From Bigelowiella natans CCMP2755 (lineage: Eukaryota; Protista; Cercozoa): a stretch of 41,970 bases of DNA. The notes below the pieces were generated by a model. It was not told the origin of the DNA, did not search any database, and was given only the letters and a program-made list of their open reading frames with translations. Below, one piece after another: positions 22,875 through 36,140 of the stretch (its first letter is position 1; each line of letters starts with the position of its first letter). The stretch is from positions 1 through 41,970 of the forward strand of contig ADNK01000887.1 in the NCBI GenBank assembly GCA_000320545.1, in the 5' to 3' direction. Both the position numbers and the translations under genes were made by a program.

Positions 22875-23612
22875 ATGTGTGTGTATAAATATGTATTTAT
22901 ACATATTATAAGAGCAAGGATTCATATATTCTCCCCATCTAGGTATGCTACCTTTTGTGCCCTTGCAGGGGTCGATCCTTTCGATGCTAAAGCCGCAAAA
23001 GCTGGACTACCACCAGTTGACAGTATAAACCTGTGGCCTCTCTTAAGCGGATCTAATACCACAGCCCCACGAGCAGAGTCAGTAGGATATGCTTCGCATA
23101 TTTATACTAATCCACACGCATACAAATGATATGCATCTGCGCGTGTGTGTAAGGTAAAAGTGTACGAATCTAATTTGGTTAGGTACTTGGTAAATGCAAA
23201 TGCTCTTGTCAAAGATAATTGGAAGCTCCTTAAGGGCCGCCAAGTCAATTCCGGATGGGCTGGACCAAGGTTGCTTATTTTTACTAACTAATAGATCTTC
23301 ATCAATTGATTTTGAAGTTCAAAATACCAATTCAATCATTGTTGTTCAAGGTATCCCAATGTGACCAGTGCCGGAAATGAAGTTGGTCATGTGCAGCTCG
23401 ATTGTTCTGAGTCGTGCTTGTTTGATGTGGCAAATGATCCCTCTGAGTATGAAAATGTCGCTTCAAAACATCCCGACATTGTGGCCCAACTCGAAGCCCG
23501 TTTGAAGGAGCTTTCAGCCACAATCATTAAGAAGGACAAGACAAAGGATCCGCTTTGTGATGAAACTGCTAGAACAAAGTGGGGAGGGTTTCTTGGACCA
23601 TGGATTGAGTGA
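20978..23612 (+). CDS. Secreted arylsulfatase (ARSB/I/J-like, formylglycine-dependent), multi-exon
   Basis: Signal peptide, then [26 protein letters not shown], the FGly motif [12 protein letters not shown] (about 21335-21370), [28 protein letters not shown] and [12 protein letters not shown] further 5' exon near 20726-20820 is possible. Confidence 0.9.
22767..22885. repeat. Compound intronic microsatellite (CA)n-(TA)n-(TG)n, representative of dozens of di- and trinucleotide tracts in introns from about 9.9 kb onward
   Basis: Directly visible tandem repeats. Confidence 0.95.
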
Positions 23613-24457
23613 GGTGAAGGAGAAATGTTGCACCTTTGAAGTTTGTTGAACACATCAGAAAGTTTCACTTGACGCGATGTATTCTTGGCACACATCGTGC
23701 CGTGCAATTTCGCAACACTTCCTTGCTTTAACAAGCTGAAGTTGCTGCGCATGCTAGCATGGGACAGCGTCGTGTGACTGCTGCACGCGTTGCTGCGTGC
23801 ACGTGCGCAGAAGTTAACGAGGACATGCATGCTCTCATCTGGGACGTTAACGGACCATGCGATGCACGTGCTACACAACGACAGCACAGCATAACAGAAC
23901 CACCTGTTCATGTGTGTGACAGTGGCAGCATGGGCAGTGACATGATGACACATGTTTGCGCAATCTAGCAATGCACATTGTGATGATGCATGCTAGCATG
24001 CGCAAGCTGCATCAGATCGAAGTGCATGCAGGACCTCGAGGCAGCGTCAATTTGCAGACCGCCTGCGCAGCGCGCCGGTACGGTGGGATACGAATCGAAA
24101 TAAAGGTAAAGGCATGCTTAAATGTTATCCAATAATACTGAGGATGGCCCGCGCGCGCGCATGTTTGTGTAAAAAAAAACATGATGTTCGTGAGGTGCTG
24201 CTGTGGCATCGCATCATGCTCAATTTTTTAATCCAAAGTTACTCTAGCTGAATATTAAGATGTGCACTTATCAAAATGACGAGCATCTCAAGCAGTCGTA
24301 CCACATGCATGCTTGTGAGCATGGAAAATATGCGCGACATACGTACATGCCCAGAAGCGATGTTTAATCGTTCGTTATTATCCTAGACTATGCGAGGCAC
24401 GCTATGATGCATTGCTGTGAAGCACCTCTCTATGGCTGCGATTTGTGATTACACAAG

Positions 24458-25601
24458 CTACTCCTTACCGTACGTAGAAGCGAGGGTTGCTGCCACGTAA
24501 CAGCGCGCGCACGCTGTTGTCGTCGTGCGCCCGACAGACATACCAACGGCACGCTTTAAGCATACATATATGTGAATCAACACCAAGTGACGTACTGCTA
24601 GGCATTCCTGCCCGTCGATGATCACACTAGAGTTAGTTAACTCATGGCTCATTACTTGCGCAGCTGCAGTATTGTGTACTTTATGTCCGGCAGCACGCAC
24701 TGGCAGCACATCACAACCCAGAGTAAAGCCCCTCTACTAGCTCTGGTGGACGCTTGCGAGGGTAATGATACTGATGCCACCCCGGACAATTTCTCGTCAA
24801 GGGCTTCCTCGATGCGATGTAGATGGGTCTGAAGTTGGACGCGCGTGGGTGGCGGGCACATCTTGCTGGCAAGATCTAAACCTCCCTGCCTGAGCAACGC
24901 CTCCAGGAGAGACTGGAGGGCTATTAACACGGAGAGGAGCCTTCTCATTGCCGCCGGCGAAGAAGAAGAAGAAGAAGAAGAAGAAGAAGAAGATGGTGAT
25001 GGTGGTCGTGAGGGTGAGGATGAGGGTGAGGGTGGGGATGATTGTGGCTGCAAGGAGGAAGTTGAAGGAAAGGTGGCAGATAGAAGCTTTATCACTGTCT
25101 CGAGCAGCTGCTCACACATCTTGTGCACAGGGGAACTGTCATTATTATTATCATCATTAGCCGTGTTCCCCCCCCCTCCCCAATGCCGCCGCTCAATCCG
25201 CCCCCTCCCGACTGCTATCCCCGCCTCCGCCGTGGCCGTCAGCTTCTTCGTTTCTCTCGTCGTCGTCGTCTTCGCTGCGGAGCGCCATGGGCACGAGGCA
25301 ATGCAGCGGGTGAGCTTAGCACTAATCCACCGGCTGAGCTCTGGTGGACCTACCATACAGCGGAGCCATATCGCCTTCAGCCAGCTCATGAATTGCTTCC
25401 TCGGCACCGATCGCTCCTCAATGAGCGCACACAAGCTCCCAATGGCCATCTTATCTCCTTGGCAGCTCATGGAGTCCACTGAGGATGCCGAGCTGGAGGA
25501 GAAGTCCTCGTCGCGCAGCTCCTCTTCCGCATGGCTCGCCATCGAGCTGAATAGGTTCTGATGGACATATGACACACAAGTACACACACACACACACAGA
25601 C

Positions 25602-25654
<53 letters not shown>

Positions 25655-27314
25655 TACCAATGAAGAGACACGAAACAATGATTATGCATTACATTACGCG
25701 AAAAGGGGGTAGGGACACGAGAAGGGTTGGGCAGCAAGTAGGATCTGTACCTATCATCTCCATCAACATCATAGTGCATCTATCATGTTCATCATCATTA
25801 TCATCATCATGATCGGATCGATCGAGCTCATCATAAGTTTGCCATTGTCGTCATCGTCGAAGTGAATCAGACACTTCATCTATCTCGTCTCTTACCCCAA
25901 GCCGCTTGTGGACATGAGGCGGTAATTTTTTCCTGAGCGGCTGCGTCCTCCCGAATGGCCGGAAGGCAGCCTCAAAGCTGCGCTCCCCTGCTCCATCCTC
26001 CTCCTCTTCTTCCCGGGGATCACTTCCATCACTTCCATCACTTCCAACATGTTCACTGACGTCGTCTAAGCTTGTTAAGTCGATAACACCGTTCTCATCA
26101 GTGAGGTCGTTTACATTGCCGATACTCATGCTGCTGCTGCTACTGCTGCTGCTGCTGCTACTGCTACTGCTACTGCTGCTACTTCCTTCGTTGACATCGG
26201 AGGTGGTGGGTTGTTCTCTCGGCTCTGTTTTGACGGTCACAGCATTTTCTGATTTTATGGGTGATGACGATATTTCTTTCTGTATGGGTCCTGATGGCTC
26301 CTCCGTATCGAGAGCCCTAGCCTCTTCCTTCTTTTGCACATAATACTTCTTCTTTATCTTCGTCGTCATATCATCTCCACGTTTCTTCTCCCTCCTCCTC
26401 TTCACAATTCTTCTTCCACTCCTACTACCAGAACTGCTGCTACTACTACTGCCGAAGCTATTACTGTGAGAAGAAGCAGCGCATATCCTCGTCATTGTTT
26501 TCTTCAGCGGCGCTGCTGCTGCTGCTGCTATGTCGTTTCGTTGTTTTCTCTTCTTAGCCCCTGTCTGATGTGACGTCAGATTCACCTCTGGGTGTTGTTT
26601 CCGCTTCCTCTTAACATGTTTACTCTTGCGCAGGGTCACGTTTGGGAGGAGTGGCCGTGCGTCCTCTTCCCCTTCATCATCATCGCTGGTGTTATCAAGG
26701 TGCTCGGCAACGACGACGAAGCGAATGGCCTCCTCCTTCTTGGCTAATCTGATCTCATCGTTCGCCCTCAGCATATGCGTCTTGGGCGCTTTCAGTCTCT
26801 TATTGTTAACAAACGTCCCGTTTCTAGAATTGAGATCCTCTAGGACTCCTGGGGAGAGAGGGAGGAAGAGGAACATGTACAACAGTTTTATCATTCACGG
26901 TTGCGAGCAATAAATGAGGATCTGCTACAAATTACCTCCAACTATCTGCGCATGTTTTCTCGATAGGACCTTGGTGAGTATCTTCACGTTGCAATCGTTT
27001 CCTCTAAGTACATATACACATATGCATACATCCAACAGAGAGGTTATAATTAGAGGCTGCTTGCTTTTTGGATTTGGGTGGAGAATTTGAACATATGGCT
27101 CTTGTTCATGCGCAGATAGCTATCTTCTGATATCTTCGAAACTTGCGTATTTATTATGTAGTTAAGGAGGAGGAGGAGGAGGAGGAGGAGGAGGAGGAGA
27201 AGAAGAAATAGACGAAGAAGAAGAAGAAGGGGTTTGCCTTCCAATGAGGAGTTTACGGTCTAGACTCCAGTTCCAATTTAACTCCCCCTTGATAGCAATC
27301 TTGAGGTGCTGCAT
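24458..27314 (-). CDS. FHA-domain protein with a long low-complexity, probably nuclear, C-terminal region (multi-exon)
   Basis: Spliced FHA core LLIGR / GNDCNVKILTKVLSRKHAQI / LEDLNSRNGTFVN..L..NDEIRL. Basic NLS-like tracts and SIM/SUMO-like motifs (VIDLT, VKTE). The last exons connect in frame to the TAG at 24458. The start codon is uncertain. Confidence 0.75.
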
Positions 27315-27982
27315 CACTCTCTTCCTCTATGTACCGCAAAAATTTGTCAAGTCATTCATCAACGGCAGCGCGAAAATGGTACATGCATGCCCTCATTGTC
27401 ATATGTTCCGTTTGCATGGAGCAGCTTGTCACGCAGGAGCAAGAAGCTCCCCTTCCTCTCCTCATCTCTAGCACTATCCCCCCCTTACTTTGCAGGGTCA
27501 TTTAAGAAGCCTTCCAATCGTGGACAAATACCTGTCTGCATACGGTCTCTCAACAACGGCGGGGCAGACGTTATACTAAAGACCGAAGACGCCAACAATC
27601 GGTGTTGCGATTCCGATCGAAAGGAGCCAAAATGACTTGTCGCATGATTGAATTGGTCGGTAATTTATGCGTGAATTTGGTTGTCGCACTCGTATGAACC
27701 AGGGGGGTTTCCGTATTTTTGAGCTTGTGCCAAAACCTATCCTCCTTCCCGCCAAAAGGTCTTCTTCGTTCCGTGGGGGGAGGCACAGCATCCGTCGTTT
27801 CAAGGTATAGCTCATTCAATTTAAGGTGGGAAGCATCGGAATGAAGTCAAAGTGGCATGGAGTTCGATAATTATTGGTTTCAGGATCACTACATTTAAGA
27901 AATCGCTTCCTTTCTTCCCGCATCCCACCCCCCGCAGAGCCCTTGGGCTTGTATGCACGTGTAGTGACCGCAGCTACCAACA

Positions 27983-30900
27983 ATGCCAAAGTCCCCCAGA
28001 CTAAAGTCAAAGTCCCCTGCGGAGTTCTTTGCCGAGCACCAGAACATAGCTGGATTTGATAATCCTGGGAAGTCTTTGTAATAAGAACATTGCTAAACAT
28101 CTTCGCTCTTTTTCACCAATAGTTGCTAAGGATGTATTTTCCTCTCCCTAGGTATACAACGGTCCGCGAATTTGTAGAGAACTCTTTAGATGCAGCCGAG
28201 ATTATTGGCGTGCTACCTGAGATCAACCTCACGATAGAGGAAATCAAGGTGCAGTGAGAATTAGCTAGCTACATCCGCTCATTAGCCCTTACATTCTATA
28301 CTTCTGTATATAGAAAGAGGAGCTGGAGAGCCTGAGGGGTTACAAAGCGAGAAAGAGGAAAGATCTTAGCCTCTATGAATCGTCCTCAGGGAGCAGCGCA
28401 AATAAGCGGCGCAAAACGAACAAGGGAGGAGCTGCCAAGGAGGACGAGGCAGACGAATCGCGGCAGCAAAAATCTAGGAAAACCACCTCCTCCTCTTCAT
28501 CATTCTCAAAGACGGAGACTAAGGGAGGGAAGACTGCGAAGAGGGGTACCAAAAGAGGTAGCAATGTGAGCATCTTCCGGATTACGTGCACCGACAATGG
28601 GGCTGGAATGCCGCATGACAAGATCCCGCGTATGCTCGGCGTCGTTCTCTCAAGTACTAAGTATGGAGTCAAGCAGACACGCGGGAAGTTCGGTCTCGGG
28701 GCTAAGATGGCACTTGTGTGGGCAAAAAAGAGCACTGGTATGCCTGTGGAGGTCGAAAGCGCGAGGGAGGGACAACGCATCTCCCGCTGCAAGCTCGACA
28801 TTGATATCTACAAGAATGAGCCAAGGGTGAGGCGAATTGTGTGAGTGTCTTTTTATAGTAATTGTAAGTGTAGCAGTAGCAGTTGCTGCTGCTACTGTTG
28901 TCGTAACGGTCGCAGGAGCAACAACGGTAGCAACAGAATAGAATAATAGCAAGTGCATTCGGGAAGGGAAAGGCCTGATTCTCCACCATATTATGCTTCA
29001 GTGACTGCCACCCATCCTCCCGCTTATTTATTGAATTGATTACTATAAAAGGTGCTCCTTCATGAGCGACAGAGCAACCCGGAGGGATGGCGTGGGACCA
29101 AGATTAGCGTTGTGATAGAGGGAAATTGGAAGAACTACCGGAAGAAGATTCTTTCGTATATGCGGCAGCTTGCCGTGATCACGCCCTATGCAAGCTTTGC
29201 CTTTTCGTTTAGAGCTCCTGAAAAACAACGGTATCATGTAGGAAAGAAAGAAAGAGGGAGGGAGGGGAAGAGAGAGGTCGTTAGTTGTGAGATAGACTAC
29301 GACGCATAAAACCCTACGCTACGGCTACAAAAACAACACAAACACGCACACACACACACGCACGCACACTCACACTCACACAACCACGGTGATCAATCAC
29401 AACAACTTTCCTCAACGCAACGTCTATCTAACGCGTGCCACATCACAGTAATAAAAGGAAAAATCGAGAAGAGTGAAAGAACTCTGAGAATTCCCCCTAC
29501 CTCCCCCCTCCCCAACTAGGTGTGTGGAACTGCAATTCGATCGCAGGGCGGAGAAATGCCCTCCTCTGCCCACCGAGGTGAAGCACCATCCCTCCTCTGT
29601 GAACAACTTGATCGTCGAGTCGCTCATCAACCACGCCCGTGGCGGTACAACGCTCGTCAGCCTACTTACGCGCCAGCTCTCATGTATCTCAAAAGTATTG
29701 ATTTTTCCCCCCGAAAAAATACCATACGTTCATTAATCTGTATCTGTTCAAGAGAAATACACTGCCTGTGAATACATAGAGGAACAGATTTCTGCGATGC
29801 TCTCGCGATTGAGATTATGTCGAGCGTTTCGAAAATATATATACATTTTAGTTACTTTTTTGCGGTAAAATGTCTGTTCTCATACCGTTGTCGCTTCCAC
29901 CTGACAATCGCCACCACCGTCCTCCTCCTTCCTACCGTTGTCCTTTTCATCAAACGCTATCATCCTCGTCATCGTCATTATCAACATCGCCCTGAATCTT
30001 TTCCCACTCACCACCACTGCCCCAGCCGCATGCGCTGCGCTTGATCGAAGAACTAGGCCCCAGCTTCGACAAGGACGCCCACGTGCACGAGCTCTCCAAG
30101 CGGCAGATCCAGCAGCTGACGTCGTTGCTGCGCGACGCGAAGTTCAAGGCGCCCGACGGCAAATGCCTCTCTCCCGCAGGGGAGTACAACATTCGCCTTG
30201 GCATCATGAAGGAGCTGAATCCGGACGTCGTGGCGACCTTCCAGGACAAGGCCAGCGTGCATGAGGGCCATCCCTTCGTGGTGGAGGCTGCAGTCTCGCT
30301 GGGCGGGAACCTAGCGAAGCCGGGCCTCAACTTCTTCCGGTACGCCAATCGGATCCCGCTGCTGTTCGAGGAGGGCAGCGACATCGTCGCTCAGATCGCT
30401 ACCAAGAAGATCCGCTGGGGCGGCTACAAGATCAAGGCCACTGACAAGGTGGTGATGCTGTTGATCATGACGATGATGATGATAACGATGGTGACAGCAT
30501 CGAGTTGTGATTTAAAATTAATAAGTGAGTGTGTGTGTGTGTGTGTGTGTGGCTGCTGCAACTACTACAAGGTCGGGGTTTTCGTGAGTATCGTGAGCAC
30601 GAAGATCCCCTTCAAGGGCACGTCAAAAGAGTACATCGGCGATGACAACGGACCCCTCCACAAGTCCGTCAAGAAGGCGCTCTCCCAGTGCTGCGTGCAG
30701 CTCAAGAAGGAACTCACCAAGAAGCACGCGGCCAAAGACCAGGCTGAGCGGAAGAAGGCGCTTAAGAAGTGAGCGAGCGTGGGGGAGGGGAGATGCCACT
30801 TGGGAGAAGATGATGATTATGATGATGATGATGAGGGGGAGGCGAGAAGGAGTAGGAAATGAGGAAGCGGCATGCTATATAGCCTCTTTCTTAGAATCTA

Positions 30901-31471
30901 CCATCCTCTGAGGAAAAGATTATATAACCATCTTGTCGTGCCGCGTGTAGGTATATTCCTGACGTCGGAAGGGCGCTAATCCAAGCGATGAAGGCCATAT
31001 CCAGGGAGGGGGGCAATGCAGCGTTTGGCGACGACCCGATGCACCCCGACATTGCAATGCCGGAGGGCTTTCGTAAGATCGGAAACAGGCTCTTAGCGCA
31101 ACAAAAGGCCGGAGAGATTAACGAGAAGGTGCGACGGCGATGATCTACGCACCACGGATCTGAGGGGAGGATAGATATATGTGTGCAATGCAATGCAACA
31201 GAACAAGCAAACCCATGACCCACCGTCCGCCTCATCTTATTCATCTGTATGTATATATGTACGCTCACGTACGTAGGTGATTTGTGCCAAGCTAACGATG
31301 CATGTAGAGAGGATTGACAAGGCCCTGGCGTTGGAATTCGCAGAGGAGCAAGGCCGTTCGTCCAAGAAGACGGAGTCGCTGTTCATAGGCCTCAAAGACG
31401 TCGACCGCCCGTGCAAGTACACGAAAGCTCTTCCGCACCCTGGATTCTCTTTCAAGCTGCTGGCTGGCTGA
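27983..31471 (+). CDS. TOP6B: DNA topoisomerase VI subunit B (type IIB topoisomerase), multi-exon
   Basis: [84 protein letters not shown] and VSTKIPFKGTSKEYI. Confidence 0.95.
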
Positions 31472-32031
31472 GATCCGAGTAGGGGCTCTTGCTGCCAGCC
31501 AAAACACTCGGCAGCTGCGCAGTAGTATGGCGCACTTATTTGCACGATTTCAGATGAGTCGACAAGTTCCTCGTATGTCTAGAGTCGAATATATGCGTCA
31601 GATATCTGCATAGCACATACGCACATTTACAAGCAACTAATTATGCTATTCCAATAGTATGTGAGTAAACTCAGACACGCGTATGTTAGCTATGTCACGA
31701 TTAACGCGCTGCACTTGCTTTCGTGCTGTTGCCTCTCTACCTTTTTTGCGTACTGCACTCTGACTTCTACTATTCGCGAGCCATCCATGCAATAGCATGA
31801 TCGAAACGAGCAATGTCAGTGCGATTTAATCTATGCTAAAGGAGTGTTAATAATAATGATGAAAATAACAAGCATAATGATAATTAATAGCTATATCATA
31901 CAGTATAAGCAATGGCTGGCTAGCTGGCGCTACATGTTTGCAGTCACGCCTCGTAAGGGCTATGTGTGCCGCATACAGTTTGTTTTTTATGGACTGCAGC
32001 TTTCGACACGCGCCTTCCTGCTTCCCGCTAC

Positions 32032-32575
32032 CTACTTTGTTGTCGAGGAACCAGTCGTCGATGGAGGGTCATTACTACTCACATCACCACCGTCGTTCCC
32101 TGTAAGCTTAAACACTTTTATTGTGGTGGCCATCTCGGGTTTTACAGCTGGCTTCTTCACACGGTTGAAGTATCCATGCAGTTGTGACTTATCGCTGTAC
32201 TTCTCCTCACGTTTCTGCGAATGTGCATCCAGTAGTGAGCGAGAACGGAAGATGACACTAAGGAGAAAGATTTTTTTTGTCAGCTATGCCTTCCAACTTT
32301 ATCACCTTTCTTCGCTCTGGCTCCATTGCAAGCCAAGCTTTGTGCTCCTCTCTAACAGCAGCCAACTTTGCCTAGAAATAAGTGCAACGGTACTTTTATT
32401 CTGTAGTGTGAGTGTTGTGAGGGTAGGAGGGGGGGGTAAACCTTGATGCCTTTATCACTAGGAGCAATCTTGTGCGCCTGATATGTATTTTGTACATTTT
32501 AGGAATCTAAGGATTATGCGCTGTTACTCTTTGAATCTCCCCTCTCTTAACCCCAAACCATAGATATCCCGTATT

Positions 32576-32624
<49 letters not shown>

Positions 32625-34440
32625 ACACATATTTTTATAGCGTCAACTAAGCAGATGTTGTTGGTAGTGGCATTTTCTTTCCATTACACCAGCGTCATCA
32701 TTAGCAGCAATAGCAGCAATAGCAGCAAAAGTGTTTGCAATTGGTTACCTCTTCCAAGGAGTCTAAGGCCTTGAGGTACTCTCTTTGCTTTACGAAAATG
32801 TTGGCTTTGTTGTACAGGGCGTCGGCGCTGCGAGGATCGATTTCGAGAGCTAATTGAGAGAGGAGTCGCCGTGAGCAAGCGCCCACGCGGCCAGTACATA
32901 CCCCACACGGCATTCAGTATATGTATGTGTATGTGTATGTGTATGTGTATGTGTGTGTAGCGGGGTGAGAGAGGGGGGGGGGGGGGAGATGGATATGCTC
33001 GAATACACTCGTCGGACATCTTTCACTTCCGTATTTGCCACACGATGCTTCACCTGAGTTTATTTCGCTGAGCGCTGCATCGTAGTGCCCCAACTTCTTT
33101 AACGCCAAAGAGCAGTTATAGTGAGCCTGACAAAATGGTGGGAAAGTGTTGAGAGAGCACGTCTTAGCCCTCTAATAATAAGAGTTAGAGCATGAGACAG
33201 GAAGAATAGTAACCTTGAAGTTTCTAGGCATGATCTCCGCAGCGCGTGTGTAGTCCTTGACGGCTTGCTGGAATTGTCCGAGCTAATTGAGGATCATGAT
33301 GGTGATGACGATGATGATGCAAGATTCATTTACTATATGGTTGCAATCTAATTAATCATTCACCCCCCTCCCTGCTCACCTTTTGATAGAGAACCCCTCG
33401 GTTGAAGAGAACCTGAAGGAATGGGCAGAGATGGGGAAAGGTTGGTATGACAAGACATGTTGTTGCTTTTCTCTCTCCCCCCGACATATTGTTCTCGCAC
33501 GACCGTCGCGTTATTCGGGGACATTTTCATAGCGCGCTCGTACGTCTGTGGTCAAGAACAATAAGTGTCAATGGACGACGATGAATATCTTACTACACTT
33601 GAATTCTAAACAACACAGATGCAGGGGAGAGGATAATAGTGTCTATCGCTGCCGCGGTACGGAAAGAGGTATTTCAGGATAATACGGTAGCAACCTTTAC
33701 GGCATTCTGTAGCTTCCCGGCTCCGATTTGTGCCTGCGCCTTTCCCGTCACCTGGAGGAACAGAACTGAGTAATGAGAACAAGAATATACGCATTTCGCT
33801 CCGATTCTGATCGATAGTAAAGAGGGAGCGTATGATGACTTCGTTGCACACCAGTGGTAGTAGTGTTTTCTCCTTCTGCAGTGCCTCGTCGTAGCATTTG
33901 ATTGCCTACCAAAGACAGTTCAACAATGATGAGGAACATTCTTCCTATGCTTACACCCACGGATCGAGAGCGGATGAGGGACGAGTATCAGCTGCGAATC
34001 TCGATCCGAATAGGTGGAAGTACCTCCTCAAATTTCCCGGCCCCTGTCATCTTCTCGCCTTCGTGCATCAGATCCCGCACACTCATGACTCTTTGCTTCC
34101 GCTCCTTCACCTCCTGCAAAGAGCACCGTCAAGATGTCAGACTCTGCATGGCCATTCATACTTCCACGCATCATCCTCCCTCCTACAACGTGTGTGTGTG
34201 TGTGTGTGTAAACCTTCTCTGACTGGAGGATCTGCATTCCGGGGGTGAAAATCACACGTTGCATCCTAGCTTACTCGCCAGTACAAGCAGCGAGAGGCTT
34301 AAGGAGGAGGGTAGGGTATGATTATTCGTGTGTTACTCAGCTGATCTCTCCTTCTGTTGCGCCCACTCCCTATTAATACGTTCCGTGATGGCGGAAGTTA
34401 ATTAGTCTGTTCGTCGTCGTTCGTCGGGGTTTTGAGGCTG
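32032..34440 (-). CDS. Tetratricopeptide-repeat protein (5' end uncertain), multi-exon
   Basis: Spliced TPR units AIKCYDEAL, VLFNRGVLYQKLGQFQQAVKDYTRAAEIMP, AHYNCSLALKKLGHYDAAL and ALEIDPRSADALYNKANIF. Stop TAG at 32032-32034. Confidence 0.8.
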
Positions 34441-34956
34441 CTGCTTTGGCAATAAGTCAATGTTGTAGACGATGGGCTTTTAGATAATCTAATGTACGAT
34501 ATTTTACTGTATTTTTTTGCAATATTGGGTGATGCGACGAAAAATGGAGAAACCAGATTGAAGCGAAGGAGTAGCAGTACCTTGCCTTTCCCTACGCAGG
34601 AAACTTCATACAAATTTCTGCAGAGTTCCTCCCGAGATCAGGGTGGTTTCTCAGATTTCGCTTCCCCAAATGGGATGTCGCATCCTGGAAACCACCGGTG
34701 ATGTTCATGTACGGCCAAGTGATAACCGTAGTCGAGATCAAGAGATCTAACGGCCAGAAACCGGGCTGGAAGGTACACATCATGGATTCTATTTATGCGA
34801 CATAGTAATTATGATGATTTAGTAAAAAATTGGACGGGGTCTCCAGGTTCGGGGGGAGGCCGCGATCAGTCTGAACACCCTCCAAACCCTTTTCCCCTTC
34901 TTGCTACCCTTGCCACCAACGCCTCGAGGGAAGTGTCTCGAGTAGCCGGAACTTCT

Positions 34957-35988
34957 ATGGCGACTTTGGACGCAGAAGGACCGGTAAGTCAAAAGTTGTT
35001 GCGACTTGATTACGTTAGCTCGCTGTGGACGGGGGCCGGGGGTGGGAGGGGACGGAATTAGGCATTAGGTTAATTTTCCACCCGAATCCAAGGATGGAAT
35101 GGGATTCTTGGTACCTCCTTTTGACTAACTACCTACCACACTTCTTCCCCACTATTGTACCACAAGCCTACGAAAAGCGGAAAAAAGGAACAGCCCGAGG
35201 CCAAGGAGGTGAGACACAGTACATAGCTAGCTAAAACACACACGATAATGGGATGGAAACGCTGTTGTTTGTTTTGCCAGCCTAAGAATGACAACGGGTT
35301 TGGCCCTAACTTCGACTGGAGCGCCTTTGAGCAAACTAACAAGCTTCAAGACGAGGTGTGCATCCCCCCCCGCCGACCCCTCCCTTCGATAAAGCATTTC
35401 CAATGCATAGCAGCTGCAAGAAAAGACTATCGATTAACGCATTTCCCCCTTTTTAGGTCGAGCAGCTGCGGCAGGAACTCAACGAAAAAATCCAGGAGAA
35501 CGAGCAACTCTCCGATGTATCTCTTACTCATATAATATATATATATTTATAAATACATATACATAAATATAAAATATATATCTAGATATCGCCTTTCTAT
35601 AAAACTTACTGTTCTCTTCCTGCATCTCCCCCCTTCCTTAAAACAAAGGCGGTTCTCACCCTCACGAGAGAGTTGGAGTTGGCGGAAGCTCAAGACCAGA
35701 CAGAACTAGCAAAGAGCTTAGCCAAGAAAGTATGTCGTAGCGTATGTAATCAATACACGAGTGATGACTTTTGAAAGACTGAAGGAGATACAGTTATTTG
35801 AGTTGCGCGTTTGTTTGAGTGATAGAAAATTTATCAGAATAAGGAGTGGCGTCTGCTAGCCCATAAACGAGAAGTAGAAATCAACCGGTTGAGGTAAACA
35901 ACCCAACACTTAACTTGTATCGCATACGATATCACTGGTTTTAAGCTATTAAGTTATGCCTTCAATATGAAGTTCCGTTCTCACCTAG

Positions 35989-36028
<40 letters not shown>

Positions 36029-36070
36029 TAAATAGTGGGCAAAGATATATATACACTAAATAGTGGGCAA

Positions 36071-36140
<70 letters not shown>

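Noticed and set aside
33591-33602. 12-mer TACTACACTTGA complementary to the U2 snRNA branch-recognition region
   Set aside because: It is antisense to the host TPR intron, has no valid C/D context, and the flanks do not resemble U2. Probably chance.
34580-34790. Minus-strand frame with an in-frame TGA upstream of the TPR gene (possible selenocysteine or readthrough)
   Set aside because: No homology or SECIS evidence, and the 5' exon structure cannot be resolved by eye.
35755-35825. GTGATGA...CTGA in a short CCDC13 intron
   Set aside because: No canonical terminal D box or stem, it abuts the acceptor, and no guide is identifiable.
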